From Steroidobacteraceae bacterium (GTDB taxonomy: Bacteria; Pseudomonadota; Gammaproteobacteria; Steroidobacterales; Steroidobacteraceae): DNA of 64,000 nucleotides. Below are positions 47,569 through 56,441 of the stretch, in pieces; positions within the stretch are counted from its first letter, which is position 1; each line of letters opens with the position of its first letter. Under the pieces are notes generated by a model that saw only the letters and a list, made by a program, of their open reading frames with translations, was not told where the DNA came from and ran no database searches. The stretch spans positions 4,059 to 68,058 of the forward strand of contig DAITPA010000003.1 of assembly GCA_036833805.1 (NCBI GenBank), read 5' to 3'. A program made the position numbers and the translations under genes.

Positions 47569-48646
47569 ACGCAGCAAGCTTGCCACGGTCACCGACGCCG
47601 TCATTGTGGGGGCCGGCCCCGTCGGTCTCTTCCAGGTCTTTGAGCTCGGACTTCTGGGACTGCGCGCGGAAGTGATTGACTCCTTGCCGCAGATCGGCGG
47701 CCAATGCACTGAGCTTTATCCAGAAAAGCCGATCTACGACATTCCTGCAGTGCCGGTGTGCACGGCACGCGAGTTGATTGAGCGCCTGGAGGAGCAGATC
47801 GGCCCATTTGCGGCGGGTTTTCATCTGGGGCAGGAAGTGACGCGCGTCGAGCGCCGCGAGGATGGCCGCTTCGATGTTGAGACCAGTCGCGGCAGCCGCT
47901 TCGATGCGGGTAGCGTCATCATTGCAGCCGGTGTCGGCGCCTTTCAATCGCGCCGGCTCGCAGTCCCCGGTGCCGAGCGCCATGAAGGCAGCCGTGTTCA
48001 CTACCGGGTGAAGGATCGGGATCTGTTTCGCGGGCTCGATATCGTCATTCTGGGCGGCGGTGATTCCGCTCTCGACTGGACACTGGAGCTCACAAAGAGC
48101 GCGCGCAGCGTGGTCCTCGTGCATCGGCGCTCCGAGTTTCGCGCAGCGCCCGCGTCGGTTTCGCAACTCTTCGCGCTGCGCGAGGCCGCCAAGCTCGACT
48201 TTCTCGAGGGACAGGTACGTGCCATCATTGAAACCGACGGTGAGTTGCGCGGCGTCCATGTGACGACGCCGGACGGCTTGACGCGCGCCGTGGCGCTTGA
48301 GCATCTGCTCGTCTTCTGGGGACTGCATCCGAAGTTGGGTCCAATTGCCGATTGGGGGCTTGCCCTGAACCGCAAGACGATCAGTGTCGATACGGCGCGT
48401 TTTCAGACCACTGTCCCGGGGATCTTTGCGGTCGGCGACATCAATGATTATCCGGGCAAGAAAAAACTCATCCTCTCTGGATTTCACGAAACCGCGCTCG
48501 CGGCATTTGCGGTACGCGAGTACTTGCGTCCCGGTGAGAAGGTTCATCTGCAGTACACGACGACCAGTCCGCTCTTGCAAAAGCGCTTGGGGGTCACGGC
48601 GGAGACGCCGGCTCGCGCGGCCAATTCTGCCGCGCACAGCCGATAG
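47558..48646 (+). CDS. thioredoxin-reductase-like ferredoxin-NADP(+) reductase
   Basis: 362-aa ORF (TTG start, 11-nt overlap with the preceding gene). Strings VIVGAGPVGLF, GGQCTELYPEKPIYDIP, ILGGGDSALDW and AVGDINDYPGK are typical of TrxR-type FNR. Confidence 0.85.
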   Translation: MSPERSKLATVTDAVIVGAGPVGLFQVFELGLLGLRAEVIDSLPQIGGQCTELYPEKPIYDIPAVPVCTARELIERLEEQIGPFAAGFHLGQEVTRVERREDGRFDVETSRGSRFDAGSVIIAAGVGAFQSRRLAVPGAERHEGSRVHYRVKDRDLFRGLDIVILGGGDSALDWTLELTKSARSVVLVHRRSEFRAAPASVSQLFALREAAKLDFLEGQVRAIIETDGELRGVHVTTPDGLTRAVALEHLLVFWGLHPKLGPIADWGLALNRKTISVDTARFQTTVPGIFAVGDINDYPGKKKLILSGFHETALAAFAVREYLRPGEKVHLQYTTTSPLLQKRLGVTAETPARAANSAAHSR

Positions 48647-48868
48647 TTAGACCAGCCAATTTTAGGTTGTGCCCTGCTGCCGGCGCAGCAGCTGCCCGGC
48701 CACTTGCGGCCTTTGTACATGTGTATCGGCAGCCGGGCGCTGCAGTCTTGGTCCCCGGGCGTTTGGAATCGCGGCGGCGGCGAGCTCACACGGGCTTGAC
48801 CTGACGCTTCTCAAGAGCCGAGCATCACATTGCATGCCGTGCCCATCACGGCGCTTTAGCGATCGTTC

Positions 48869-49564
48869 ATGCATGGATTCCTAGGGGCCGCCGAGCTTGA
48901 TGCGCTGCGGCTCAGTCTTACGGTTGCGGGCCTAAGTGTGCTGTGCAGCTTGCCGGCGGCGATCGTCGTTGCCTGGCTTCTGACGCGCGCGCACTTTCCG
49001 GGCCGGATGCTCTTTGACGCCTTCGTGCATCTGCCCCTCGTGCTGCCGCCGGTCGCGGTCGGTTACGTGCTGCTGGTCTTGTTCGGCACGCGCGGGCCGT
49101 TTGGGCACTGGCTCTACGTGCGCTTTGGGGTCGAGCTCGCCTTCAGCGCCAAGGGTGCGGCGCTCGCGACCGCTGTCATGACTTTTCCGCTCATGGTGCG
49201 GGCCGTCCGCATCTCCCTCGACAATGTCGACCGCGGGCTTGAGGCCGCCGCGCGCACTTTGGGAGCGGGCGCGATGGATCGCTTCGCGACCATTACGCTG
49301 CCATTAATGCTGCCCGGCATCCTCGCCGGCGCGGTCATGGCGTTTGCCGCCGGCCTGGGTGAATTCGGCGCGGTGATCACGTTTGTCGCTAACATTCCGG
49401 GACAGACGCGCACGCTGCCGTTGGCGCTCTACACCGCGATTCAGTCGCCCTCCGGCGATGCGCTTGCGGCGCGCTTGGCCGTCATTTCCTTTACCCTCGG
49501 GCTCGCCGGTCTCCTCGCCGCTGAATGGCTGGCACGACGCGTGCGCCGCTGGCTCGGGCGCTGA
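48869..49564 (+). CDS. modB: molybdate ABC transporter permease
   Basis: 231-aa ORF with LRLSLTVAG, FPGRMLFDAFVHLPLVLPPVAVGY and EAAARTLGAG...ITLPL (EAA loop). Confidence 0.9.
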   Translation: MHGFLGAAELDALRLSLTVAGLSVLCSLPAAIVVAWLLTRAHFPGRMLFDAFVHLPLVLPPVAVGYVLLVLFGTRGPFGHWLYVRFGVELAFSAKGAALATAVMTFPLMVRAVRISLDNVDRGLEAAARTLGAGAMDRFATITLPLMLPGILAGAVMAFAAGLGEFGAVITFVANIPGQTRTLPLALYTAIQSPSGDALAARLAVISFTLGLAGLLAAEWLARRVRRWLGR

Positions 49565-50646
49565 TGCTCTCCGTCAACGTCGCCAAACGCCGCGGCGCCT
49601 TTGCTCTGGAGGTGGCATTCGAAGCCCCAACGCCGGGGATCGTTGCGCTCTTCGGCCGCTCCGGCTGCGGCAAGACGACGGTGGTTGAGATCCTTGCGGG
49701 CCTCCTCGCACCTGACGCCGGCGCCGTGCGCCTCGATGATGTGGTGCTCGTCGATACTGTCGCGCGGCGTTCGCTGCCCGCCGAGCGCCGCCGCATCGGC
49801 TATGTGTTCCAGGACGCACGGCTCTTTCCGCATTTGGATGTGCGCGGCAATCTGCGCTACGGGCAGAAGCGTGCGCCCGCGCCGCCGCACGCGATCGGCT
49901 TTGATGAGGTCACTGACCTCCTCGGGCTTGCACCACTCCTGGCGCGCCGGCCGTATACGTTATCGGGCGGCGAGCGGCAGCGCGTGGCACTTGGCCGCGC
50001 GCTGCTGTCGCAGCCACGACTGCTGCTCCTCGATGAGCCGCTCGCATCTCTCGATGCGCAGCGCCGCGCAGAAGTCTTGCCGTATTTGGAAGCGTTGCGC
50101 GACCGGCTGTCGATCCCGATCGTGTACGTCAGTCACCAATTCGATGAGGTCATGCGGCTCGCGACCCATGTCGTGCTCATGGAGTCAGGCCGCGTGCTCG
50201 CCGCCGGCGGCATTCATGAAGTGAGCGTGGCGCCTGAGCTCAACGCCATCGTGGGGGCGGACGCCGTCGGCGCCGTGCTCGAGGGAGTGATCACCGCAGT
50301 TGACGTGCCGGGCGGGCTTGCACAGTTGCAGCTGGGCCGCGGCACACTGCTCGTCAGTGCCGCGGATGCGCGTGTCGGCGCGCGCGCGCGGGTGCAGCTC
50401 CTCGCGCGCGACCTCATCCTCGCGACGCACCCGGCGCATGGCTTGAGCGTGCGCAACTCGATTGCAGGCGTCGTGCAAGTAATCCGCAACGATGTGCACG
50501 AGGCGCAGCTGGTAACCGTGGACATCGGTGGCGCGAGTGTGCTTGCGCGCGTCACTCGCGATGCGGTCGCGGCGCTTGCGCTGAGCGCAGGATCCCCTGT
50601 GTGGGTGCTCGTCAAAGCGGTCTCCATGAGGAGCCACACGCTCTAG
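49564..50646 (+). CDS. modC: molybdate ABC transporter ATP-binding protein
   Basis: ORF 49525..50646. The ATG at 49564 overlaps the modB stop (TGATG). Strings GRSGCGKTT, LSGGERQRVALGRALL and LLLLDEPLASLD are followed by a C-terminal TOBE/Mop-like domain. Confidence 0.9.
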   Translation: MLSVNVAKRRGAFALEVAFEAPTPGIVALFGRSGCGKTTVVEILAGLLAPDAGAVRLDDVVLVDTVARRSLPAERRRIGYVFQDARLFPHLDVRGNLRYGQKRAPAPPHAIGFDEVTDLLGLAPLLARRPYTLSGGERQRVALGRALLSQPRLLLLDEPLASLDAQRRAEVLPYLEALRDRLSIPIVYVSHQFDEVMRLATHVVLMESGRVLAAGGIHEVSVAPELNAIVGADAVGAVLEGVITAVDVPGGLAQLQLGRGTLLVSAADARVGARARVQLLARDLILATHPAHGLSVRNSIAGVVQVIRNDVHEAQLVTVDIGGASVLARVTRDAVAALALSAGSPVWVLVKAVSMRSHTL

Positions 50647-51863
50647 CAACGCCAGGACTCCAGGCGCGCAACGAACGCCCGCAGGAAGCGATTCGCGTCG
50701 TGACCGTCCAAGACCCGATGATCGATCGTGAGCGTGACGTAGCACTTCGGCCGCACCACGATGCGCTCAATCCCCGCCTCATCGAGCACGGCTGCGCGCC
50801 TTTCCAATTTGCCGATGCCGAGAATCGCTGATTGCGGCTGATTGATTACGATTGGCGCTGCCAGCAGGCTGCCGCTCGTGCCGTGATTGGAAATGGTGAA
50901 GGTGCCACCGCGCAGATCGGCGGGCGTCAGTTCGCCGGCACGCGCCCGCGTTACGAGATCGTTCAAGCCGCGCGCGATCTCAAACAAATCACACTTCTCG
51001 ACTGCGCGCAGCACCGGCACGATGAGCCCGCCGCCCTCGATCGCCGCAGCTACGCCGATATTGATCGTGTTATAGATTTCAAGCGCGTCATCGCTCCAGC
51101 GGCTGTTCGCTTCAGGCACGGCGCGTATGCCATCGACGGCCGCGGCGACAAAATAGGCGCTCAGCGTAAGTGCCGTGCCGCGCTCTGCATATTCTCCCTG
51201 GTGCCGCTTGCGATGCGCAACGACTGCGGCCATGTCCGCTTCAAAGACGCTGGTCACGTGCGGCGCTGTGTGCAGGAGACTCTGTATCATGTGCTCGGCG
51301 ATGCGCTTGCGCATGTGTGAGTGCGGTACGCGCCGCGCGACGGGCAGTACCTCCGGGGTCGGGCTCGGCGCAGCGGCACGATGCCGCTTATCGTGCCGCG
51401 CGACAACCGCCTTCAGAACGTCCTCCGCGGTGATTCGGCCCGCCTGACCCGAGCCTGCGACCTCGGTGACCTCGAGCGCATGCTCGGCAAGCAGGCGCCG
51501 CACTGCAGGGCTCAATTGATCGCGCGCCAAGGCGGCGGAGCCGTCCCCGCCGAATGCATGCCCGCCTGTGGCGGGCGCCTGCGGCGCCGCGCGGTGAGCT
51601 TGCGCCGCGATGCCTTCCGCGCCCGGCTCGATCTGCCCCAAAAGATCGCCGGGTGCAACCTCCTCGCCCTCGCCCTTCAGGATCTGCCGCAGCACGCCGC
51701 TCACCGGCGCGGGAATTTCCACAGTGACCTTGTCGGTCTCAAGTTCGACCAAAGGCTCATTGACGGCGACCCGCTCGCCAATTGCCTTCAACCAGCGCAG
51801 CACCTGCGAGCGGGTGCCTTCGGTCTGATCGGCCGGGGTGCGAATCTCAAATAATGAGCTCAC
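50643..51863 (-). CDS. 2-oxoacid dehydrogenase E2 (dihydrolipoamide acyltransferase)
   Basis: 406-aa ORF with lipoyl domain LETDKVTVEIPAP, a Pro/Ala linker, a peripheral subunit-binding region (SPAVRRLLAEH) and the catalytic TIDHRVLDGH. Confidence 0.9.
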   Translation of the reverse strand: MSSLFEIRTPADQTEGTRSQVLRWLKAIGERVAVNEPLVELETDKVTVEIPAPVSGVLRQILKGEGEEVAPGDLLGQIEPGAEGIAAQAHRAAPQAPATGGHAFGGDGSAALARDQLSPAVRRLLAEHALEVTEVAGSGQAGRITAEDVLKAVVARHDKRHRAAAPSPTPEVLPVARRVPHSHMRKRIAEHMIQSLLHTAPHVTSVFEADMAAVVAHRKRHQGEYAERGTALTLSAYFVAAAVDGIRAVPEANSRWSDDALEIYNTINIGVAAAIEGGGLIVPVLRAVEKCDLFEIARGLNDLVTRARAGELTPADLRGGTFTISNHGTSGSLLAAPIVINQPQSAILGIGKLERRAAVLDEAGIERIVVRPKCYVTLTIDHRVLDGHDANRFLRAFVARLESWRC

Positions 51864-53932
51864 GAGCGTGCGATCCGCTGCATGCTCTCTGCAATACGCG
51901 CCACGCTCGGCAGCGCGGCTGCGAGCAGTATCGGGCTGTGCGGACTGGGAATATCCGGCATGGTCAGGCGCTCGATGGGTGCATCCAGATGGAAGAATGC
52001 CTCTTCCACCAGGCTTGCGGCAATCTCGGCACCGAACCCTGCGGTCAAGTTGTCCTCATGCACGATCAGACAGCGGCGCGTCTTCTTGACCGAGGCGAGG
52101 GTTGCCTGTCTGTCCCAGGGCGAGAGCGTGCGCAGATCGAGGACTTCGGCGTCGACACCCGAGGCTTGCGTGGCAAGCTCGCAGCGCTCCACCATCGCGC
52201 CCCAGGTGATGACGCTCAACTGCGTACCGGAACGCACGAGACGCGCCTGCCCAAACGGCACGACGAACAAGTCCCCCGGGTAGGGGCGGCGCGCCGATGC
52301 GCCGTCGAGCATGGCGCGGTGCTCGAAGAAAATCGTCGGGTCATTGCCGCGCATGGCGCTGCGCAAAAGCCCCACCGCATCTTCGGCGTTCGCGGGCACC
52401 GCCACCCGCCAGCCGATGCCGTGCACCCACGCCACTTCATTGGTTTGGCTGTGCCATGGATCGCCACATTTGAAAAACCCACCCGGGATGCGCACTACGA
52501 TGGGCGCGCCGAAGCGGTTGTTGGTACGCCAGCGCAGCGTGCCGCAGTCGTTCAACTGTTCGGCCGCCGGGTCCGCATATTTGCGAAATTGTATCTCGGC
52601 CACCGGCACCAATCCCGCAAGCGCCATGCCGACCGCGCGGCCGATGATGCCCTCTTCCGAGAGGCTGGTGTCAAACACGCGCGCGCGCCCGTACTTCTCC
52701 TGCAATCCAAGCGTCGCGCCGTGCACGCCGCCTTTGGGACCGACGTCTTCGCCAAACACGAGCAGGCGCTTATTTGACGCCAGCTCAACATCGAGCGTGC
52801 GCCGGATCGCCGTCAACATATTGATGCGCACGGGCTCGGGTGCCCCCGCCATCGAGGTCGGCGGAAACTCGTGGCCTTCGGGCGCAACCCCACCCTGGCG
52901 CTGCAGCGCCTCTCTGCCCGCGAACCGCCGCTCGCAGAACACGTGGCGCTGTAATGACGCAGGATCCGGCAGGAGGCGCGTAAGCGCTGCTGCGACCGCA
53001 GCTTCAACCTCCTCGCGCGCCGCGCGTTCGATCCTCGACCACTCGGATTCGCTCATGAGCGCCGGCACGAGGAAGCGGCGCAGATGATCGAGCGGGTCGC
53101 GGGCCCGCTCGAGCGCGAGAACCGCGGCGGACTTATAGGCCTGCGTGTCCTGGCCCGAATGACCTGACAGGCGCGGCACGGTGAGCCGCAGCAATACGGG
53201 TCCCTCACCTCCGCGCACGAGTTTGACGGCACGCGCGATGAGTTCGGCCGCGCTCTGGGGGTCCGTGCCATCGCCGCTCAGCACAGATAGGTTTGCAAAC
53301 GACGCAAGATTTGCCGCGATATTGCCCGCGGGAGTCTGCAACTCGGAAGACACGGAAATGCCGAAGCCGTTGTCTTCGATATAGAACAGCACCGGCAGAC
53401 GCAAGGTAGTCGCGATGGTGAGCGCCGACCAGAAACCGTTGGTCGCCGTGGAGGCATCACCGCCGTGGGCGACCGCAATGCTGTGCGTGTAGGTGGCGTC
53501 GTTGAGAACATCGCGGCGGTAACGGATCGCCTGCGCCCAGCCGACAACCGGCGTGTACTGCGTGCCGACGCCCCCGCATCCTGGGAGCACCGTCGCACCG
53601 CCGCTCGATGGCATGTTGAAGATGACGCCGATGTCGCGACCGCCGCTTGAGGAGTTGGCGCGCGCCAGCGGTCCGGCCGCGGCGTCCTGCAAGTCAAAGC
53701 CGAGCGCGAGCATCAGCGGCCGCGAACGATAATAGGCGCCGACACCGTCGTGGCGTTCAGTCAGCTGCAGTCCCAACAGCGCTTGCCCGAGTTCATGGCC
53801 GCGTGCGGAGAACTGATAAAGGATCTTGCGCTCAGGCAAGAGGCGCGACTCTTCGATCGTATCAAGCGCCCGCGAGGCCTGCATGAGCCAGGTGACCCGC
53901 GCCCAGTCGATCTGCATTGCAGCGCCTGCCAT
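51860..53932 (-). CDS. 2-oxoacid dehydrogenase E1 component, fused alpha and beta subunits (TPP-dependent)
   Basis: 690-aa ORF. The N-terminal half carries E1-alpha strings (HGGDASTATNGFWSALTIATTLRLPVLFYIEDNGFGIS). The C-terminal half carries E1-beta strings (FGEDVGPKGGVHGAT, FDTSLSEEGIIGRAVGMA). Confidence 0.9.
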   Translation of the reverse strand: MAGAAMQIDWARVTWLMQASRALDTIEESRLLPERKILYQFSARGHELGQALLGLQLTERHDGVGAYYRSRPLMLALGFDLQDAAAGPLARANSSSGGRDIGVIFNMPSSGGATVLPGCGGVGTQYTPVVGWAQAIRYRRDVLNDATYTHSIAVAHGGDASTATNGFWSALTIATTLRLPVLFYIEDNGFGISVSSELQTPAGNIAANLASFANLSVLSGDGTDPQSAAELIARAVKLVRGGEGPVLLRLTVPRLSGHSGQDTQAYKSAAVLALERARDPLDHLRRFLVPALMSESEWSRIERAAREEVEAAVAAALTRLLPDPASLQRHVFCERRFAGREALQRQGGVAPEGHEFPPTSMAGAPEPVRINMLTAIRRTLDVELASNKRLLVFGEDVGPKGGVHGATLGLQEKYGRARVFDTSLSEEGIIGRAVGMALAGLVPVAEIQFRKYADPAAEQLNDCGTLRWRTNNRFGAPIVVRIPGGFFKCGDPWHSQTNEVAWVHGIGWRVAVPANAEDAVGLLRSAMRGNDPTIFFEHRAMLDGASARRPYPGDLFVVPFGQARLVRSGTQLSVITWGAMVERCELATQASGVDAEVLDLRTLSPWDRQATLASVKKTRRCLIVHEDNLTAGFGAEIAASLVEEAFFHLDAPIERLTMPDIPSPHSPILLAAALPSVARIAESMQRIARS

Positions 53933-54041
53933 GTAAGCTGCTGACGAGGCATCCTATGCTCAAAATCCGGAAATTATCTTGCGCTTATTGCTCAGAATCA
54001 GTCTCTTCTGGCAATATCCTTGCGCAACTGGAGACGAACCA

Positions 54042-54548
54042 ATGACAAAGGCACTCGATCGCGTCGATCGGCGCATTCTCGATGAGCTGCAGGCTGACGC
54101 GCGCATTTCGAATCAGGATCTGGCGAAGCGTGTGGGCTTATCGACCGCCCCCTGCTGGCGCCGGCTGCGGCGCCTCGAAGTGGATGGTTTCATCGCAAGC
54201 TACGCGACGCTGCTCGATCCGAAAGCCATCGGGCTGCCTATCCTCGCCTATGCGCAGGTGACGCTCGAGAACCATCATCCCGAGAGCGTGCGCCAGTTCG
54301 ACGAGCTCATCGCGCGTCGCCCGGAGGTGCTTGAATGCCATTCGATGAGCGGCACAAACGATTACCTGTTGCGCATCGTCGCCGGCAGCATTGAAGCCTA
54401 TGAACACTTCCTGAGCACGCACGTGCTGCAGACTAAAGCGGTACGTTCGGTGAATACGAGCTTCGTATTGCGAACCAAAAAACTGACGACACGCCTGCCG
54501 CTTGATGCCGGTGGCTCGGCTGCGGTTCGAGCGCGCGCATCCTCGTGA
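54042..54548 (+). CDS. Lrp/AsnC family transcriptional regulator
   Basis: ORF 53979..54548. The ATG at 54042 is preceded by GGAGA. LDRVDRRILDELQADARISNQDLAKRVGLSTAPCWRRLRRLE is the Lrp HTH. Confidence 0.9.
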   Translation: MTKALDRVDRRILDELQADARISNQDLAKRVGLSTAPCWRRLRRLEVDGFIASYATLLDPKAIGLPILAYAQVTLENHHPESVRQFDELIARRPEVLECHSMSGTNDYLLRIVAGSIEAYEHFLSTHVLQTKAVRSVNTSFVLRTKKLTTRLPLDAGGSAAVRARASS

Positions 54549-54618
54549 ATACGTGTGCAGTCGCGCAAGCACGCGAGCACGCGGCTTTGTGCGCCCGGGT
54601 AAAAGCCGGTGGCAATAT

Positions 54619-54652
54619 GCTCATGGCGCGCCGCGGCCGGCGCGCCATGAGC
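54619..54652. terminator. perfect 14-bp GC-rich hairpin between convergent Lrp and YceI genes (bidirectional terminator candidate)
   Basis: gctcatggcgcgcc-gcggcc-ggcgcgccatgagc, read directly. No clear U-tract on either strand. Confidence 0.55.
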
Positions 54653-54657
54653 TTAGG

Positions 54658-55233
54658 CTAGCTTGCGCGAATCCCTTCGACCTGGATCTGCAGTTTCACT
54701 TCCATCTTGAAACCGTACTTTACACCGTCATCGATGCCAAACTGGCTGCGATCAAGTGTTGCTGAGGCGTCAGCACCGCAGACCTCTTTCTTCAGCATCG
54801 GGTTCTGCATGCATTTGAACTGATTGAGCGTCAGCTTCAGAGGCTTCGTCACACCATGCATGGTGATCTGGCCGTCCACTTCGGTCGGCGCGTCGCCTTT
54901 GAACCCGCCAAGAGTCCCCTTGTAGGTAATCGTCGGATACTTGGCAACATCGAACAGCTCAGGCGATTTAGCGCGCTCGTTGAGCTTGGCGTGGCCAAAG
55001 TCGATAGAGCCCGCATCCACGGTGATATCGACGCTGCCCGACTTGGCCGCCTGATCGAGCACGATGCTGCCGCTCGTTTTCGTCGCCTTGCCGCGCCATA
55101 CCGACACGCCACCGAAGTGATCCGCCTCGAAGCTTGGATAGGTATGGGCGGGGTCGATCTGATAGGTGACCGGAGCGGCAATCGCCGCGCTCCCGATGAG
55201 CAAGGAGCCAACGAGGCAAACAGGGATCTTCAT
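54658..55233 (-). CDS. YceI family periplasmic (polyisoprenoid-binding) protein
   Basis: ORF 54658..55317. The ATG at 55233 is preceded by AAGGA and gives signal peptide MKIPVCLVGSLLIGSAAIAAP. YQIDPAHTYPSFEADHFG...KYPTITYKG is YceI-like. Confidence 0.85.
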   Translation of the reverse strand: MKIPVCLVGSLLIGSAAIAAPVTYQIDPAHTYPSFEADHFGGVSVWRGKATKTSGSIVLDQAAKSGSVDITVDAGSIDFGHAKLNERAKSPELFDVAKYPTITYKGTLGGFKGDAPTEVDGQITMHGVTKPLKLTLNQFKCMQNPMLKKEVCGADASATLDRSQFGIDDGVKYGFKMEVKLQIQVEGIRAS

Positions 55234-55313
55234 CGTGCAGTTCCTTGGGTTGAGAGTGCTAGGCGCGGCTGCGCCGTCATTCCAAGCTAGCCTAGCGTTA
55301 CGAGCGAACCTGC

Positions 55314-56417
55314 TCAAGTGCGCAAGTGCCCGCCCGCCTTCAGCGCCTGGGCAACGGCAGCATGAGTCACATGGCCCGCGTGCACATTGAGACCGGTCGC
55401 GAGCCCCGGATCGCGCTGCAACGCCTCGCGCCAGCCACGATCCGCAATTGCACGCACGTAGGGCAGCGTCGCATTGGTGAGCGCGTAGGTTGAGGTTCGC
55501 GGCACGGCGCCCGGCATATTGGCAACACAGTAGTGGATGACGCCATCAACGACAAAGGTCGGATCGTCATGCGTGGTCGGTCGGCTCGTTTCAAAACAGC
55601 CGCCCTGATCGATGGAGATATCCACGAGCACCGCGCCCGTCTTCATCTTCTTGATCATTGCGCGCGTAACGAGCTTCGGAGCCGTCGCGCCCACGACGAG
55701 TACGGCGCCGATGACGAGATCGGCATCCTGTACCAGCCGCTCGATCGCCTGAGTAGTCGAATAAGCGGTGCGCAAGGCCGAACCAAAGATCGAAGACAGC
55801 TCACGCAGGCGATCCACCGAACGGTCAACCACGGTGACGTCGGCACGCATGCCGACGGCCATCTCCACGGCATGCGTGCCGGCGACTCCGCCGCCCAAAA
55901 TCACGACCTTTGCCGGCGGCACGCCCGGCACGCCGCCCAAGAGCACGCCAAACCCGCCGTTGGCCTTCTGCAAGCAGGCGGCGCCGACCTGAATGGACAT
56001 GCGCCCCGCGACTTCACTCATCGGCGTCAGAAGCGGCAAAGATCCATTGGGCGCGGTGACTGTCTCATAGGCAATGGCCGTGGCTTCCGAGCGAATGAGC
56101 CCTTCCGCCTGCGCGGCATCGGCAGCGAGATGCAGATAAGTAAATAGCACCTGTCCGCGACGCAGCATCGCGCATTCATTCGGCTGCGGCTCTTTCACCT
56201 TGACGATGAGCTCGGCACGCTCGAATACGGCTGCGGCCGACGCTGCGATCGACGCACCGACCGACTCGAAGTGCACATCGGAGACGCCGATACCGCCGCC
56301 GGCACCGGTCTCGACGATCACTTCGTGACCCGCGTTAGTCAGTTCGCGCACGCCTTCCGGCACGAGTCCCACGCGGTATTCCTGAACCTTGATCTCTCGC
56401 GGCACACCAATTCGCAT
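55314..56417 (-). CDS. ald: alanine dehydrogenase
   Basis: 367-aa ORF with MRIGVPREIKVQEYRVGL, MSEVAGRMS and ILGGGVAGTHA. Confidence 0.95.
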   Translation of the reverse strand: MRIGVPREIKVQEYRVGLVPEGVRELTNAGHEVIVETGAGGGIGVSDVHFESVGASIAASAAAVFERAELIVKVKEPQPNECAMLRRGQVLFTYLHLAADAAQAEGLIRSEATAIAYETVTAPNGSLPLLTPMSEVAGRMSIQVGAACLQKANGGFGVLLGGVPGVPPAKVVILGGGVAGTHAVEMAVGMRADVTVVDRSVDRLRELSSIFGSALRTAYSTTQAIERLVQDADLVIGAVLVVGATAPKLVTRAMIKKMKTGAVLVDISIDQGGCFETSRPTTHDDPTFVVDGVIHYCVANMPGAVPRTSTYALTNATLPYVRAIADRGWREALQRDPGLATGLNVHAGHVTHAAVAQALKAGGHLRT

Positions 56418-56441
56418 TGCGACGCTTCCCGTTAAGTATTG

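Noticed and set aside
46309-48637. 466-aa and 365-aa minus-strand ORFs (46309..47709 and 47540..48637)
   Set aside because: Antisense to the cysteine-synthase-family and FNR genes, both of which have strong cofactor-binding motifs. These are shadow ORFs.
48647-48868. Possible Moco riboswitch upstream of modB
   Set aside because: I looked for the conserved Moco RNA core and could not recognise it by eye. Only generic short hairpins are present. It remains a cmsearch check rather than a feature.
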